Assembly: GCA_021779915.1 (NCBI GenBank)
Contig: JAJXZR010000029.1
Coordinates: forward strand, 12,495-76,494
DNA length: 64,000 bases
Direction of reading: 5' to 3'
Source of the DNA: a bacterium
Lineage (GTDB): Bacteria > Patescibacteriota > Minisyncoccia > CAIUEV01
Below, piece by piece: positions 47,418 through 57,199 of the stretch. Made by a program: the position numbers and the translations under genes. Under the pieces are notes generated by a model. The model saw nothing but the letters and a program-made list of their open reading frames with translations, was not told the origin of the DNA and did no database searches. Numbering within the stretch: position 1 is the first letter of the stretch; every line of letters begins with the position of its first letter.

Positions 47418-49673
47418 ATGAAGCTCGTCATCGTTGAATCTCCTACTAAAGCCCGAACTATTGGTCGTTTCCTAGACAAAGAATATCATGTTCTTTCTTC
47501 TTACGGTCATATTCGCGATCTTCCCACAGGAAAATTGGGAGTAGACGTCGAAAAAAATTTTTCTCCAGACTATGTTATTCCTCCAAAAGCGAAAAAGAAT
47601 CTTTCCCTTCTTAAAACAGAAAGTAAAAAAGCGACAAAAATCATTCTCGCTACTGACGAAGACCGGGAAGGAGAGGCGATTGCCTACCATTTAAAGCATG
47701 TTCTCGGAGGTATCAACAAAAAAGTTCCTTTTGAAAGAATTACATTTCATGAAATAACTCCTCTTGCTATCAAAGAAGCCTTGAAACATCCCCGAGAAAT
47801 CGATGTTCGGCTTTTCGAGGCTCAACAAACCAGAAGGATTTTGGATCGTCTAGTTGGTTATGAACTTTCTCCTTTTCTCTGGAAGAAAATCCGCAAAGGC
47901 CTTTCTGCTGGGAGAGTTCAGTCAGTCGCGGTCAGATTAATTGTTGAAAGAGAAAGAGAAAGAGAAAAATTCAAATCGGAAGAATTTTGGAAAATAAAAA
48001 TTCTTTGGAAAAAACAAGGCGAAAAAGAGCAAAAAGAAACTTTGGAAATCATAAAAGAAAGTGAATTAAATAAGCTTCTAAAAATTAAGGAAGAAAAGGA
48101 AAAAATTAACGGTTCAATCGCCACCCTTGTTGAAAAAAATGGAAAAAAGCTAAACAAGCTTTCCATAAAAGAAGAAAAAGAAAGTCAAAAGATACTGGAT
48201 ACCCTTTGTTCTTCAAAAATGGAAGTCACAGGTATAGAAAAAAAGAGAGTTTTTCGACAACCATCTCCGCCATTTCGAACCAGTACATTACAACAAGAAG
48301 CTGGAAGAAGGCTGGGCTTTTCCGCTAAAAGAACTATGATGACTGCCCAACAGCTTTATGAAGGAATCAGCGTTGACAGAAAACAAGTTGGTCTTATTAC
48401 TTATATGAGAACAGATTCGCTAACTATTTCTGCTTCTGCTCTTAATACTATAAAAGAGGTTATTAATAAGAATTTTGGTCCAAACTATTCATTACAATCC
48501 CCTCGTTATTTTAAAAACAAAGCCAAAGGAGCTCAAGAAGCCCATGAAGCGATCAGACCTTCTTTTCCAGAAAAAACTCCTGATGAATTGAAAGATTTTT
48601 TAAGTTCCGACCAGTATAAATTGTACCGTTTAATTTGGGAAAAAACGATTGGAAGCCAAATGGCGCCGGCAGAGTTGAATACTGTTAAAATAAAATTTAG
48701 AATTTCCGAGTATGGTTTTTTGTCAGAAGGAAGCCAGATTGTTTTTGATGGATTCATGAAAGTCCTTGGGAAGGGTATTTTAAAAGAAGAGTTGCTTCCG
48801 GAAGTTTCAAAAGGAGAAAAAGTAGACAAGAGGAAGTTATTTGCTGAACAGAATTTTACCAAACCGCCCGCCCGCTACACCGAAGCGAGCCTTATCAAAG
48901 CACTAGAAGAAAATGGTATTGGCCGACCTTCCACCTATGCTCCAACTATCAGTACTATTCAAGACCGAGGCTATGTTTCCAAGGACGACAGCCAATCCTT
49001 GTTTCCTAACGAAATCGGTTGTATCGTCAACGACTCCCTAGTAGAACATTTTCCCAATATTGTTGAAATCAAGTTCACTGCAAGTGTTGAAGAAGATTTA
49101 GATAAAATCGCTAGTGGCAAAGAGAAATGGGTACCAGTTGTTAGTAATTTTTATAAGCCCTTCAAGAAAAATCTGCTTATAAAAGACAAGGAGGTTTCTA
49201 AATTTCAAAAACTGATTGACAAGAAGTGTCCGGAATGCGGAAAGCAACTAGTGGAAAAATTTGGTCGATTTGGAAAATTTTATGCTTGCTCCGGTTATCC
49301 CGAGTGTAAACATTCAGAAGGAACCGACGAAGAAAAACAACTAGAGAAAGAGGTAAGCGCCGAAAAATGTCCGGAATGCGGACACCCCCTCACTGTGAAA
49401 AGAAGCAAATGGGGAATGTTCAAAGGGTGTAGCAACTACCCTAATTGCAAGTTCATCAAAAAGTTTGAAAAAACTATCGGTATCAAATGCCCCGAATGTA
49501 AAACGGGGGATCTAGTGGAAAAACGGGGAAAAAGAGGACCCTTCTACGCCTGCAACCAATATCCGAAATGCAAATACATCGCCAAGGGAAGACCAGGGAA
49601 AAACAAGTGTGAGAAATGCGGGCAAATTATGATGAGAACGAAAGAAGGAGAACACTGTTTGAATTGTGGATAA
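47418..49673 (+). CDS. topA: DNA topoisomerase I
   Basis: IVESPTK, ATDEDREGE, SAGRVQS, ITYMRTD, C-terminal Zn ribbons. Confidence 0.97.
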   Translation: MKLVIVESPTKARTIGRFLDKEYHVLSSYGHIRDLPTGKLGVDVEKNFSPDYVIPPKAKKNLSLLKTESKKATKIILATDEDREGEAIAYHLKHVLGGINKKVPFERITFHEITPLAIKEALKHPREIDVRLFEAQQTRRILDRLVGYELSPFLWKKIRKGLSAGRVQSVAVRLIVEREREREKFKSEEFWKIKILWKKQGEKEQKETLEIIKESELNKLLKIKEEKEKINGSIATLVEKNGKKLNKLSIKEEKESQKILDTLCSSKMEVTGIEKKRVFRQPSPPFRTSTLQQEAGRRLGFSAKRTMMTAQQLYEGISVDRKQVGLITYMRTDSLTISASALNTIKEVINKNFGPNYSLQSPRYFKNKAKGAQEAHEAIRPSFPEKTPDELKDFLSSDQYKLYRLIWEKTIGSQMAPAELNTVKIKFRISEYGFLSEGSQIVFDGFMKVLGKGILKEELLPEVSKGEKVDKRKLFAEQNFTKPPARYTEASLIKALEENGIGRPSTYAPTISTIQDRGYVSKDDSQSLFPNEIGCIVNDSLVEHFPNIVEIKFTASVEEDLDKIASGKEKWVPVVSNFYKPFKKNLLIKDKEVSKFQKLIDKKCPECGKQLVEKFGRFGKFYACSGYPECKHSEGTDEEKQLEKEVSAEKCPECGHPLTVKRSKWGMFKGCSNYPNCKFIKKFEKTIGIKCPECKTGDLVEKRGKRGPFYACNQYPKCKYIAKGRPGKNKCEKCGQIMMRTKEGEHCLNCG

Positions 49674-49699
49674 GGAATATAATTTTCAATTTGACTTAT

Positions 49700-49831
49700 T
49701 TTTCTCCCCTTCAGATGAAGGGGAGTACCCCGTAGGGGGAGGGGTTTGATGCCGAAGGCCGAATTTTGATCGCTTCGCGTTCAAACCCTCCGCCCTTACG
49801 GGCACCTCCCTTCATCTGAAGGGAGGAAAAA
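49700..49831. repeat. Family J multi-hairpin doublet
   Basis: ctccccttcagatgaaggggag-taccccgtagggg-gaggggtttga ... tcaaaccctc-cgcccttacgggc-acctcccttcatctgaagggagg. Confidence 0.85.
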
Positions 49832-49872
49832 GTCACCTTTTAGGTGAATTAGAAATTTTAATTATCTTTCCT

Positions 49873-51030
49873 ATGAAAATCGCCATCTTCTCCGACACCT
49901 TTCCCCCTGAAATCAATGGGGTGGCTAATTTTGTTAAATTTTCTGCCCAGAGTTTGGCTAAAAAAGGACATGAAGTCCAAGTTTTTACCGTATCAAAATT
50001 CAGTGAAAAAAAACTGAATAAAAATTATCCCAAAAATCTTTTCGTAAACACTCTTCCTTCTTTGCCAGCACTTGTTTATCCCGACATCCGCTTCACCGTG
50101 CCAGCTGTATTAACCCTTTCAAAACTAAAAAAATTCAATCCCGACATAATACACTCCCACACTCCTTTTGCTTTGGGATGGGAAGCCGTGATGGATGCAA
50201 AAATCTTAAAAAAACCACTGGTCGGAACCCATCACACTTTCTATGACCAATACCTAAAACATTTAAAAGTCGATTTTGAATCAACGCGAAAATTCACTTG
50301 GAAATATACAGTCAGTTTCTATAATTTTTGCAATCTGGTTACAACCCCCAGCCAATCCCTTGCCAAAGAAATGGCGAAAAACGGGCTTTTGAAACCAGCT
50401 TTTGTATTACCTAATTTTGTAGACACAAAACTTTTTTCTCCTCCAAGCTCCAAAGAAAAAGTCGAATTTAAAAAATTTTTCAAAGTTTCTGGGACAACGA
50501 TTGTCTATATGGGAAGACTTAGCTATGAAAAAAGCGTTGATCGAGCAATAAAGTCTTTTGCTCTTGCGCAAAAAGTAATACCTGATATTTCCTTGCTAAT
50601 TATAGGTGATGGACCAAAAAAAAATAGCCTTGAAGATTTAGTAAATCAACTAGAAATACAAAATAAGGTTGTCTTTACTGGTTTTCAAAGGGGAGAATCA
50701 TTAGTTAATGCTCTTAGAGCGGGAGACATTTATTTTACTGCCAGCGAAACCGAGACTTTCTGTATTTCAGCCTTGGAAGCCATGGCGGTCGGTCTCCCCG
50801 TAGTTGCAGTTGACAAGGGAGGACTGGGAGAAATAGTTCAAGATAAAAAGAACGGGCTTTTGGCTTCTGAGAACGGAATCAACCAAATGGCGCAAAATCT
50901 GTTAACTTTCCTCCGAAATCAAAAAATGCTTACCGAATATGGTGAAAGATCCCGGGAGTACTCTTTGGAATATTCCAAAGAAAAAGTGACTAAAAAACTG
51001 GAAGAGATCTATGAAAAAGCAATTTTGTGA
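49873..51030 (+). CDS. glycosyltransferase family 4 (glycolipid synthase-like)
   Basis: DTFPPEINGV, HSHTPF, GRLSYEK, ETFCISALEAMA. Confidence 0.9.
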   Translation: MKIAIFSDTFPPEINGVANFVKFSAQSLAKKGHEVQVFTVSKFSEKKLNKNYPKNLFVNTLPSLPALVYPDIRFTVPAVLTLSKLKKFNPDIIHSHTPFALGWEAVMDAKILKKPLVGTHHTFYDQYLKHLKVDFESTRKFTWKYTVSFYNFCNLVTTPSQSLAKEMAKNGLLKPAFVLPNFVDTKLFSPPSSKEKVEFKKFFKVSGTTIVYMGRLSYEKSVDRAIKSFALAQKVIPDISLLIIGDGPKKNSLEDLVNQLEIQNKVVFTGFQRGESLVNALRAGDIYFTASETETFCISALEAMAVGLPVVAVDKGGLGEIVQDKKNGLLASENGINQMAQNLLTFLRNQKMLTEYGERSREYSLEYSKEKVTKKLEEIYEKAIL

Positions 51031-51065
51031 ACGTGATTTTCAATAATTCTTTAAAATAAAAAATA

Positions 51066-52073
51066 ATGAAAATCTGCCTCTATTTAGACCTTAAAAGAAA
51101 TTTTAACGGCGTTCTCTACAAAAACATAGGCAGTGGAATAATTTCCGCTTACAAAAATCAAGAGAGACTTTTAAAAAGCCTAAAAATAGACTTTTCGGAT
51201 AATATCAAAGATTCTTGGGATATATTGCAAATTAATTTACCTGGTCCTTTGTCTATTTTACAAATGAAAAAGGCTCGAAAAAATAATAAAAAAATAATTG
51301 CCTGGTCTCATATGACAGCCGAAGACTTTACTGGGGTTTTCCGTATTGGAGGTCTTTCTTATCCCATAACAAAAAAATATTTAGCCTACGTATACAACCT
51401 TGCAGACCTAGTATTCTCTCCTAGCGAATATACCAAAGGTCTCCTTGTTTCCTATGGCATCCCTGAAGAAAAAATTGTTGTGATGAGTAACGGTGTTGAT
51501 TTAAAAATATTTCGCAAAGATAAGATAAAAAGAAAAATCGGTAGGGAAAAACATGGGGCGAAAGGAATAACCATCGGTACAGCTAGCTTGGTAGTGCCAA
51601 GAAAAGGCGTGGACACTTTTTTGTCGCTTGTTAAACAATTTCCAGATAACCAATTTCTCTGGTTTGGAAAAATATACAATTCTTTTCTAGCTAAAGCTCT
51701 TCCGAAAGATCTGCCAAAAAATATTGATTTTAAAGGCTATGTCCAAGATGTAAACGAAGCTCTCAATGCCCTAGATATTTTTCTTTTCCCTTCCTACGAG
51801 GAAAACCAAGGAATGGCAATTATTGAAGCTGCTGCTGTTGGCCTTCCTTTGCTCATTAGAGACCTCCCGGTTTATAAGGGCTGGCTTATCCACCAAGAGA
51901 ACTGTCTAAAGGCTAAAAACGATAAAGAATTCAAAAAATACCTTAATTTATTAATCAAAGACAAAAATCTAAGAGAAAGGCTTGGCAAAAATGCTTTAAA
52001 AATGGCTCAAGATGAAGATATTCTTGAAATTGCCAAAAAAACTAAAAGAATATACGAAAACCTTCTTCAATAG
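51066..52073 (+). CDS. glycosyltransferase family 4
   Basis: SPSEYTK, RKGV, FPSYEENQGMAIIEA. Confidence 0.88.
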   Translation: MKICLYLDLKRNFNGVLYKNIGSGIISAYKNQERLLKSLKIDFSDNIKDSWDILQINLPGPLSILQMKKARKNNKKIIAWSHMTAEDFTGVFRIGGLSYPITKKYLAYVYNLADLVFSPSEYTKGLLVSYGIPEEKIVVMSNGVDLKIFRKDKIKRKIGREKHGAKGITIGTASLVVPRKGVDTFLSLVKQFPDNQFLWFGKIYNSFLAKALPKDLPKNIDFKGYVQDVNEALNALDIFLFPSYEENQGMAIIEAAAVGLPLLIRDLPVYKGWLIHQENCLKAKNDKEFKKYLNLLIKDKNLRERLGKNALKMAQDEDILEIAKKTKRIYENLLQ

Positions 52074-52083
52074 AACAGATTTA

Positions 52084-52638
52084 CTATTTCTTTTTTCTTT
52101 GTTTTCTTCTTTTGAAGAGAAAGTAGGCTATTGGAATAAAAATAAGCATGAACAAAGCAATTGTTGTGTCCAAAAAAACATTGCTGTATCTTTTCCATAC
52201 TTCGCCAAAATAATAACCTACTGCAACCAGAAACGCCGATTTGATAGCGGTAGCAAAAAAATCAAGAATTAAAAACTTCCACCAAGGATACTGGGCAATA
52301 CCTGCGGTAATCAGAATAGGAAGCCCAACAAAGTGAGAAAGTTTCCCAAACACAATTACTTTTTTTCTGTTACTTTGAAAAAATATTTTGGCCTTTTCAA
52401 TTTCTTTTAGGGTAAAGCCAAAAAATTTGGCCAGTTTTGGCAATAGTTTTATGCCTCCAAAATACCCCAATGAATAATAAAGAAAATCCGCACTTAAGTC
52501 CCCAAAAACATGAGTTAGATAGCCAAGATAAATATTCATATAACCCAAACGAGAAAGAAATCCCACCGAAACCCCGGCAGTAGGACCCTCAGTAAAAGAG
52601 GCTAAAAAAATACCCAGATATTTTAGGAATTCAAACAT
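52084..52638 (-). CDS. DedA/SNARE-associated family membrane protein
   Basis: GDLSADFLYYSLG, AG...W.F...D, GYYFG. Confidence 0.8.
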   Translation of the reverse strand: MFEFLKYLGIFLASFTEGPTAGVSVGFLSRLGYMNIYLGYLTHVFGDLSADFLYYSLGYFGGIKLLPKLAKFFGFTLKEIEKAKIFFQSNRKKVIVFGKLSHFVGLPILITAGIAQYPWWKFLILDFFATAIKSAFLVAVGYYFGEVWKRYSNVFLDTTIALFMLIFIPIAYFLFKRRKQRKKK

Positions 52639-52832
52639 AAAAATTTTTGAAAAATGGTCTAATCTATTTTACTAAAAAAAAATAATTTCACTAGCCCCAA
52701 AGTTATATTTTAGACGGCACAATGATTTACACTGGAATTGTTTTTTAATGGCTCAATTCGGCTACCTCTTTTTCAAATGCAGAAAGAAAAAAAGAGACTG
52801 GTTATTCAGTCCCTTTTGATAAAAACAAGAAA

Positions 52833-53063
52833 TTAACAATTCTCCAATTTTTTTGTTCGAAATAAGCTGTCCCTCATTTCATCAATTAAAACTGCCGAGT
52901 ACATGAGGAAAATGGCAATGCCCAAGATTGTTGCGGCAAAAAGAGTAGCTATTTCTTCTTTCCATTCAAAAATAAAGTTTTCTACCTTTCTTATTTTTAT
53001 TTCAGAAGGTGAAAGCTCCCTCATTTTTTTAAAGGTCTTTTGTCTGTTATTTTTTATTCGCAT
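52833..53063 (-). CDS. small hypothetical membrane protein
   Basis: 76 aa, one TM, AGGAG upstream, hairpin downstream at about 52791-52817. Confidence 0.5.
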   Translation of the reverse strand: MRIKNNRQKTFKKMRELSPSEIKIRKVENFIFEWKEEIATLFAATILGIAIFLMYSAVLIDEMRDSLFRTKKLENC

Positions 53064-53132
53064 CTTGTTTTCTCCTTTTTGACATAGAAAAATTTGCTAA
53101 TTTCTTTTATATATTATTACATTTGAAATTAG

Positions 53133-53525
53133 TTGGACGCAAGAAAAAAATTGGAGGATAAAATGGCAACGGCACTCGTTGACCAGAGAGGAAAAAGTTT
53201 TATTGGCCTTCTTTCCGCGGCAAAAAGAAGATTTCCCAAACAAGTTTATCTTTCTTCTGATGATATTAAAATTCTAAAGAGGAAAGTTTTTGAGGGAAGA
53301 TCAGCTTCATCCCTTGATGCAATTGAGGTGAAGTTAGGCAGAATACTTTATTTACGTCGGTGCCCCTATTGCAAAGAACCGATGATACAAATTAAAGTAT
53401 ATTCTCGCGAAGGGGGAAAGTATTCAAACTTCAAAAAACCACCGAAGAGGCTTGCAGACGAATACATTTGTACCAGTTGCAAAAGCCATTTTAGAGCCAT
53501 TAGAATTTTTCCAGATTTTTTCTGA
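53133..53525 (+). CDS. hypothetical zinc-ribbon protein (start may be ATG 53163)
   Basis: CPYC...CTSC; GGAGG before 53163. Confidence 0.55.
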   Translation: MDARKKLEDKMATALVDQRGKSFIGLLSAAKRRFPKQVYLSSDDIKILKRKVFEGRSASSLDAIEVKLGRILYLRRCPYCKEPMIQIKVYSREGGKYSNFKKPPKRLADEYICTSCKSHFRAIRIFPDFF

Positions 53526-53554
53526 AAAGAAAATTTTCCTCCGATTTTTTGTAT

Positions 53555-53587
53555 AACCCATCAAACATTGATTTTGATGGGTTTTTT
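53555..53587. terminator. terminator between convergent genes
   Basis: aacccatcaaa...tttgatgggtt followed by T run. Confidence 0.65.
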
Positions 53588-53592
53588 ATTTT

Positions 53593-54783
53593 TTAATCGT
53601 TTTTTCCTAAAAATTTTACCCCTTCCTCAAATTTTCCCAACAGCATGTCAGCAGCAACTTCTTCAATTTCTTTTTCTCCCAAATCTCTTCCTCCCAAACC
53701 ATAAACATAGCTTTGAACCTTTCTGCCAGATTCCTCGAAACGGAAAAGGGTTGTCATAATTTCAGTACACAAAGGAGGAACACTACCAAAACTAAATGCT
53801 CGATCAAGAACGGCAATATTGGCTACGTTTCCGAGAGCTCTAAACATCTCTTCATAGGGAAAGGGACGAAAAAGTCGAACTTTGATCACTCCAACTTTAT
53901 GTCCTTTTTTGTGCAAGCTCTCGGCCACTGCCTTGGCCGTTCCTGCACTTCCTCCAAGCAAAATTATCACTCCTTCCGTATCTTTTTCAACTTGAAAAAC
54001 TTCGATTTTAGGATATTCCCGATTAGTTATTTTTGAAAGTTTTTGAGCCATTTCATCGTAGACCGATTCAACTTCTGCCATAGCTTCGGATTGGTCTATT
54101 TTAACTTCAAAAAAATGGTCTGGAAGAACAAGTGCTCCGAAAGTAATTTTTTTATCATTTTTAAGAAGGGAATAAGGATAATCATACTTTCCAATAAATT
54201 CCTCTACCTCATCATCGGGAAGAAGCTCTATCTTTTCCATCAAGTGAGAAGTTGAAAAGCCATCTTGAATTACCATCGCCGGCAATAATACTTTTTTGTT
54301 TTCTGCTATTTTAACGGCTAATAGATTGTGGTCATAGGCTTCTTGCGCTGTTTCGGAGAAAATTTGAATCCAACCAGCCTCCCTGACTCCCATAACATCC
54401 GAGTGGTCACAATGAATATTAATCGGGGAAGAAAGGGCTCGACTGGCAACGTTCATTACAATAGGAAGCCTCATCCCAGACGCCACTCCCAACATTTCAT
54501 ACATAAGTGCCAATCCCGCAGAGGAGCTTGCGGTCATTGCTCTAACTCCCGAGCTTGCCGCACCAATCGTCGCACTCATAACTGAATGCTCTGATTCGCA
54601 AGTGATTACCTCGCTGTCAACCTTGCCGTCAGCAACATATTTTATAAAATTCTCAATAATAGGGGTCTGGGGAGTAATAGGATAAACCGGAACTACTCCT
54701 GGATTGATCTGTCTCATTGCCTCGGCTGTCGCTTCGCCTCCAGTAAGAGCTAAATTTTTAGTTTTATTTTGATAAGACAACAC
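53593..54783 (-). CDS. porA: pyruvate:ferredoxin oxidoreductase alpha subunit
   Basis: YPITPQT, ESEHS, NIHCDHSD, RLFRPFP, GLGGRD. Confidence 0.93.
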   Translation of the reverse strand: MLSYQNKTKNLALTGGEATAEAMRQINPGVVPVYPITPQTPIIENFIKYVADGKVDSEVITCESEHSVMSATIGAASSGVRAMTASSSAGLALMYEMLGVASGMRLPIVMNVASRALSSPINIHCDHSDVMGVREAGWIQIFSETAQEAYDHNLLAVKIAENKKVLLPAMVIQDGFSTSHLMEKIELLPDDEVEEFIGKYDYPYSLLKNDKKITFGALVLPDHFFEVKIDQSEAMAEVESVYDEMAQKLSKITNREYPKIEVFQVEKDTEGVIILLGGSAGTAKAVAESLHKKGHKVGVIKVRLFRPFPYEEMFRALGNVANIAVLDRAFSFGSVPPLCTEIMTTLFRFEESGRKVQSYVYGLGGRDLGEKEIEEVAADMLLGKFEEGVKFLGKND

Positions 54784-54789
54784 GAAAAA

Positions 54790-54902
54790 AATTAAAAGTT
54801 AAAAGTTAAAAATTCAAAAGAACAGTTTAAAATTCAAAATTTCCTTAAATAATTTTTAATTTTGAACTGTTCCTTTGAATTTTGCATTTTTAACTTTGAA
54901 TT
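54790..54902. repeat. Family C element (AAAAGTT)n; right arm overlaps the porD stop
   Basis: aattaaaagttaaaagttaaaaattcaaaagaacagttt ... gaactgttcctttgaattttgcatttttaactttgaatt. Confidence 0.82.
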
Positions 54903-55156
54903 GTTACGCTTATCGCCTTCACCGGACACTCATTGACACAAACCAAACATCCCTTACAATAATCCGCATCCACTTCCACATCTTTTCCATTCTCCTTTAT
55001 ATTAATACAATCCTCCGGACAAAATAAAACACAAGTGTGACATTTAATGCACTTTTTTTGATCAATAAAAGCCCTCTTGGTTGCCCAGGAACCAGTTTTA
55101 TTTTTTTTACTATTACCACCGTCGGTAATGATTGCACCGAGAGAAACTTTATCCAC
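54890..55156 (-). CDS. porD: PFOR delta subunit (2x[4Fe-4S] ferredoxin)
   Basis: NKTGSW, CIKCHTCVLFCP, YCKGCLVCVNECP. Confidence 0.9.
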   Translation of the reverse strand: MDKVSLGAIITDGGNSKKNKTGSWATKRAFIDQKKCIKCHTCVLFCPEDCINIKENGKDVEVDADYCKGCLVCVNECPVKAISVTIQS

Positions 55157-55221
55157 GAGAAAAAGTTTAAAGTTAAAAATTCTATACTAAAAAAATTATT
55201 ACACTTGAAATATTTAACCCC

Positions 55222-55433
55222 GTGTCCTCCCGGGCTTGACCCGGGATCCAGTTAAACTCACTAAATTATTCTAATTGCTCTAATTAGCCTAATTATTCTA
55301 AACAAAATACCAAGAACCAATTAAAAAATTTTTGTTTATTGGTACTTAGTGCTTTTTAGAATAATTAGTATAATTAGGTTAACTAGAGTAATTCTCTACC
55401 CGCCTGGATCCCGGGTCAAACCCGGGATGACAC
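55222..55433. mobile_element. R doublet enclosing D
   Basis: gtgtcctcccgggcttgacccgggatccag ... ctggatcccgggtcaaacccgggatgacac. Confidence 0.88.
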
Positions 55434-55441
55434 CTTTCCTT

Positions 55442-56755
55442 TTAATTAAAAAGGCTCACGCCTCTTAGGACAACTAACACTAACGTTACTATCGAAATTC
55501 CAATCGCAAAAATTGCAAAAGCTTTTTTTCCTTGACCGTTTTCTTTGAATTCTTGAAGATAGTCTAATTCCTTTTGTTTCCTAAGAAATGTCAGCGAAGC
55601 AAAAATAAACAGCATCCAGACCAAGAAATAAAGCAAGGTACTTTCCGAATAGTATAGCAATTGTCCCGTCATAACCCCAAACAAGGATCCAATGATTGCC
55701 AGCGTAAGAGTCCTTTCCGTTTTGCCGGAGAGAAAAGCGACTATTCCAAAGATTAAAATAAAAAATTCAAGTGCCAAATAAAACAATATTTTATCGAGCA
55801 GTATGGGGTGATTTAATAAAACCGAATAATACGGCATAATAGAAACTTTTTCCGTATGCAGTATGAGAGGAGAAGTAGCTTGAGAAAAGGAAAAAAGAAA
55901 AACAAAGAAAAGATATTTTCCTTTCCCCTTTGTAATATTTCGAAGAAAAGAACCGTTTTTAGGAAGAGGTATTCCCAACTGTCTTTGGTCGGCTCTTTCC
56001 ACTTCTCCCCGATGTTTGAATAAAAAATCAAAAAAAACAATAATCCCGGTTCCAGAAGCCCACACCCACCAGCTGAGGGGATAATCCAAAACCGATGAGA
56101 TAAAAAGGAGAGCCAACGCACTGAAAAGATTCAACCAATCCATCACTTTTTCTTTGACTTTAACCGTCCACCAAAGAGCTAGGGAGGTTACCCCACAAAC
56201 TGCCACCACCAAAGAAGGGGTTCTTGCGAAATTAGCCGTTATGAACTCACTTTTCCCAAAATAAGCCAATATAACAAGAAAAATCGAAGAAGCCGACAAA
56301 GAGAAAAGAAACATCTCCAAATTTTGTCGCCAAGAGTCTTTAGAAAAAAACTGCGTACCCAAAAGGTAAAAAATAAAAAAAGTCACGTATTCACTCACTC
56401 CGGAAGTAAAACTCCCTTGATAACCTTCCCAGGATATTTGATGGTTGTTTGAATACAAAAACAACACCCCAAGAAGAAATGAAAGGAAAATTACCACCCA
56501 ATTAAACCTGTTTCTTTTCCACTCCAGCGCTCCTCTCTTGATAATCCCCATTAAACTGACGATCAGCATTAATCCTACAATCAGAATTAAAAAAGATTGT
56601 TTAAGAAGTTCTAGAGGTTTGGAGTAAAGAAAAAACAGCCAAGGAAAGGCGATTGTTAGAATAATCATTCCACTCTTCAAAATATTTTCTTCTATTTTTC
56701 CTTTTTCCAAATAACTTTTATTTCCCGCCAAATTAGAGTTTTGTATTTGAAACAT
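55442..56755 (-). CDS. multi-pass membrane hypothetical protein
   Basis: 437 aa, many hydrophobic segments. Confidence 0.7.
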   Translation of the reverse strand: MFQIQNSNLAGNKSYLEKGKIEENILKSGMIILTIAFPWLFFLYSKPLELLKQSFLILIVGLMLIVSLMGIIKRGALEWKRNRFNWVVIFLSFLLGVLFLYSNNHQISWEGYQGSFTSGVSEYVTFFIFYLLGTQFFSKDSWRQNLEMFLFSLSASSIFLVILAYFGKSEFITANFARTPSLVVAVCGVTSLALWWTVKVKEKVMDWLNLFSALALLFISSVLDYPLSWWVWASGTGIIVFFDFLFKHRGEVERADQRQLGIPLPKNGSFLRNITKGKGKYLFFVFLFSFSQATSPLILHTEKVSIMPYYSVLLNHPILLDKILFYLALEFFILIFGIVAFLSGKTERTLTLAIIGSLFGVMTGQLLYYSESTLLYFLVWMLFIFASLTFLRKQKELDYLQEFKENGQGKKAFAIFAIGISIVTLVLVVLRGVSLFN

Positions 56756-56883
56756 TTTACAAAAATTATTGATTGCTTATATTATCCTATATTCTATTAT
56801 TATTGCAACTTCATTATGCTTATGGTAGAGTGATAGCGTAGATTAGAAATTTGATTAGTCATAGAACATTAAAATAATTACGA

Positions 56884-57125
56884 TAAAATTCCAATAGCCA
56901 AGATACAATTTCCAAACAAGATACAATTTTCCAAATTTGAAAAACCAAACAACTTCACGTGTCATCCCGGCCCCTGAGCCGGGATCCAGAAAAATAATAT
57001 TTTAAGAGTCTAATATTATTCTCCTGGATCCCGGGTCAAGCCCGGGATGACACACTAAAAGGGTACTATTTGGAGTTTGTGATGCTTGAATTTGTTTGGA
57101 ATTTGTTTCTTGTTTCTTGGAATTT
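56884..57125. mobile_element. Family E enclosing an R doublet (56959-57053); sibling of 47146-47382
   Basis: same core (aaaataatattttaagagtctaatattattctcc) and same right flank ctaaaagggta. Confidence 0.88.
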
Positions 57126-57199
57126 TTTAAATTTAGTTTTAGGAATTTTATTAAAGATTAGACTAAATTAGAACTTAAAAATTTATTTTAACTACCATC

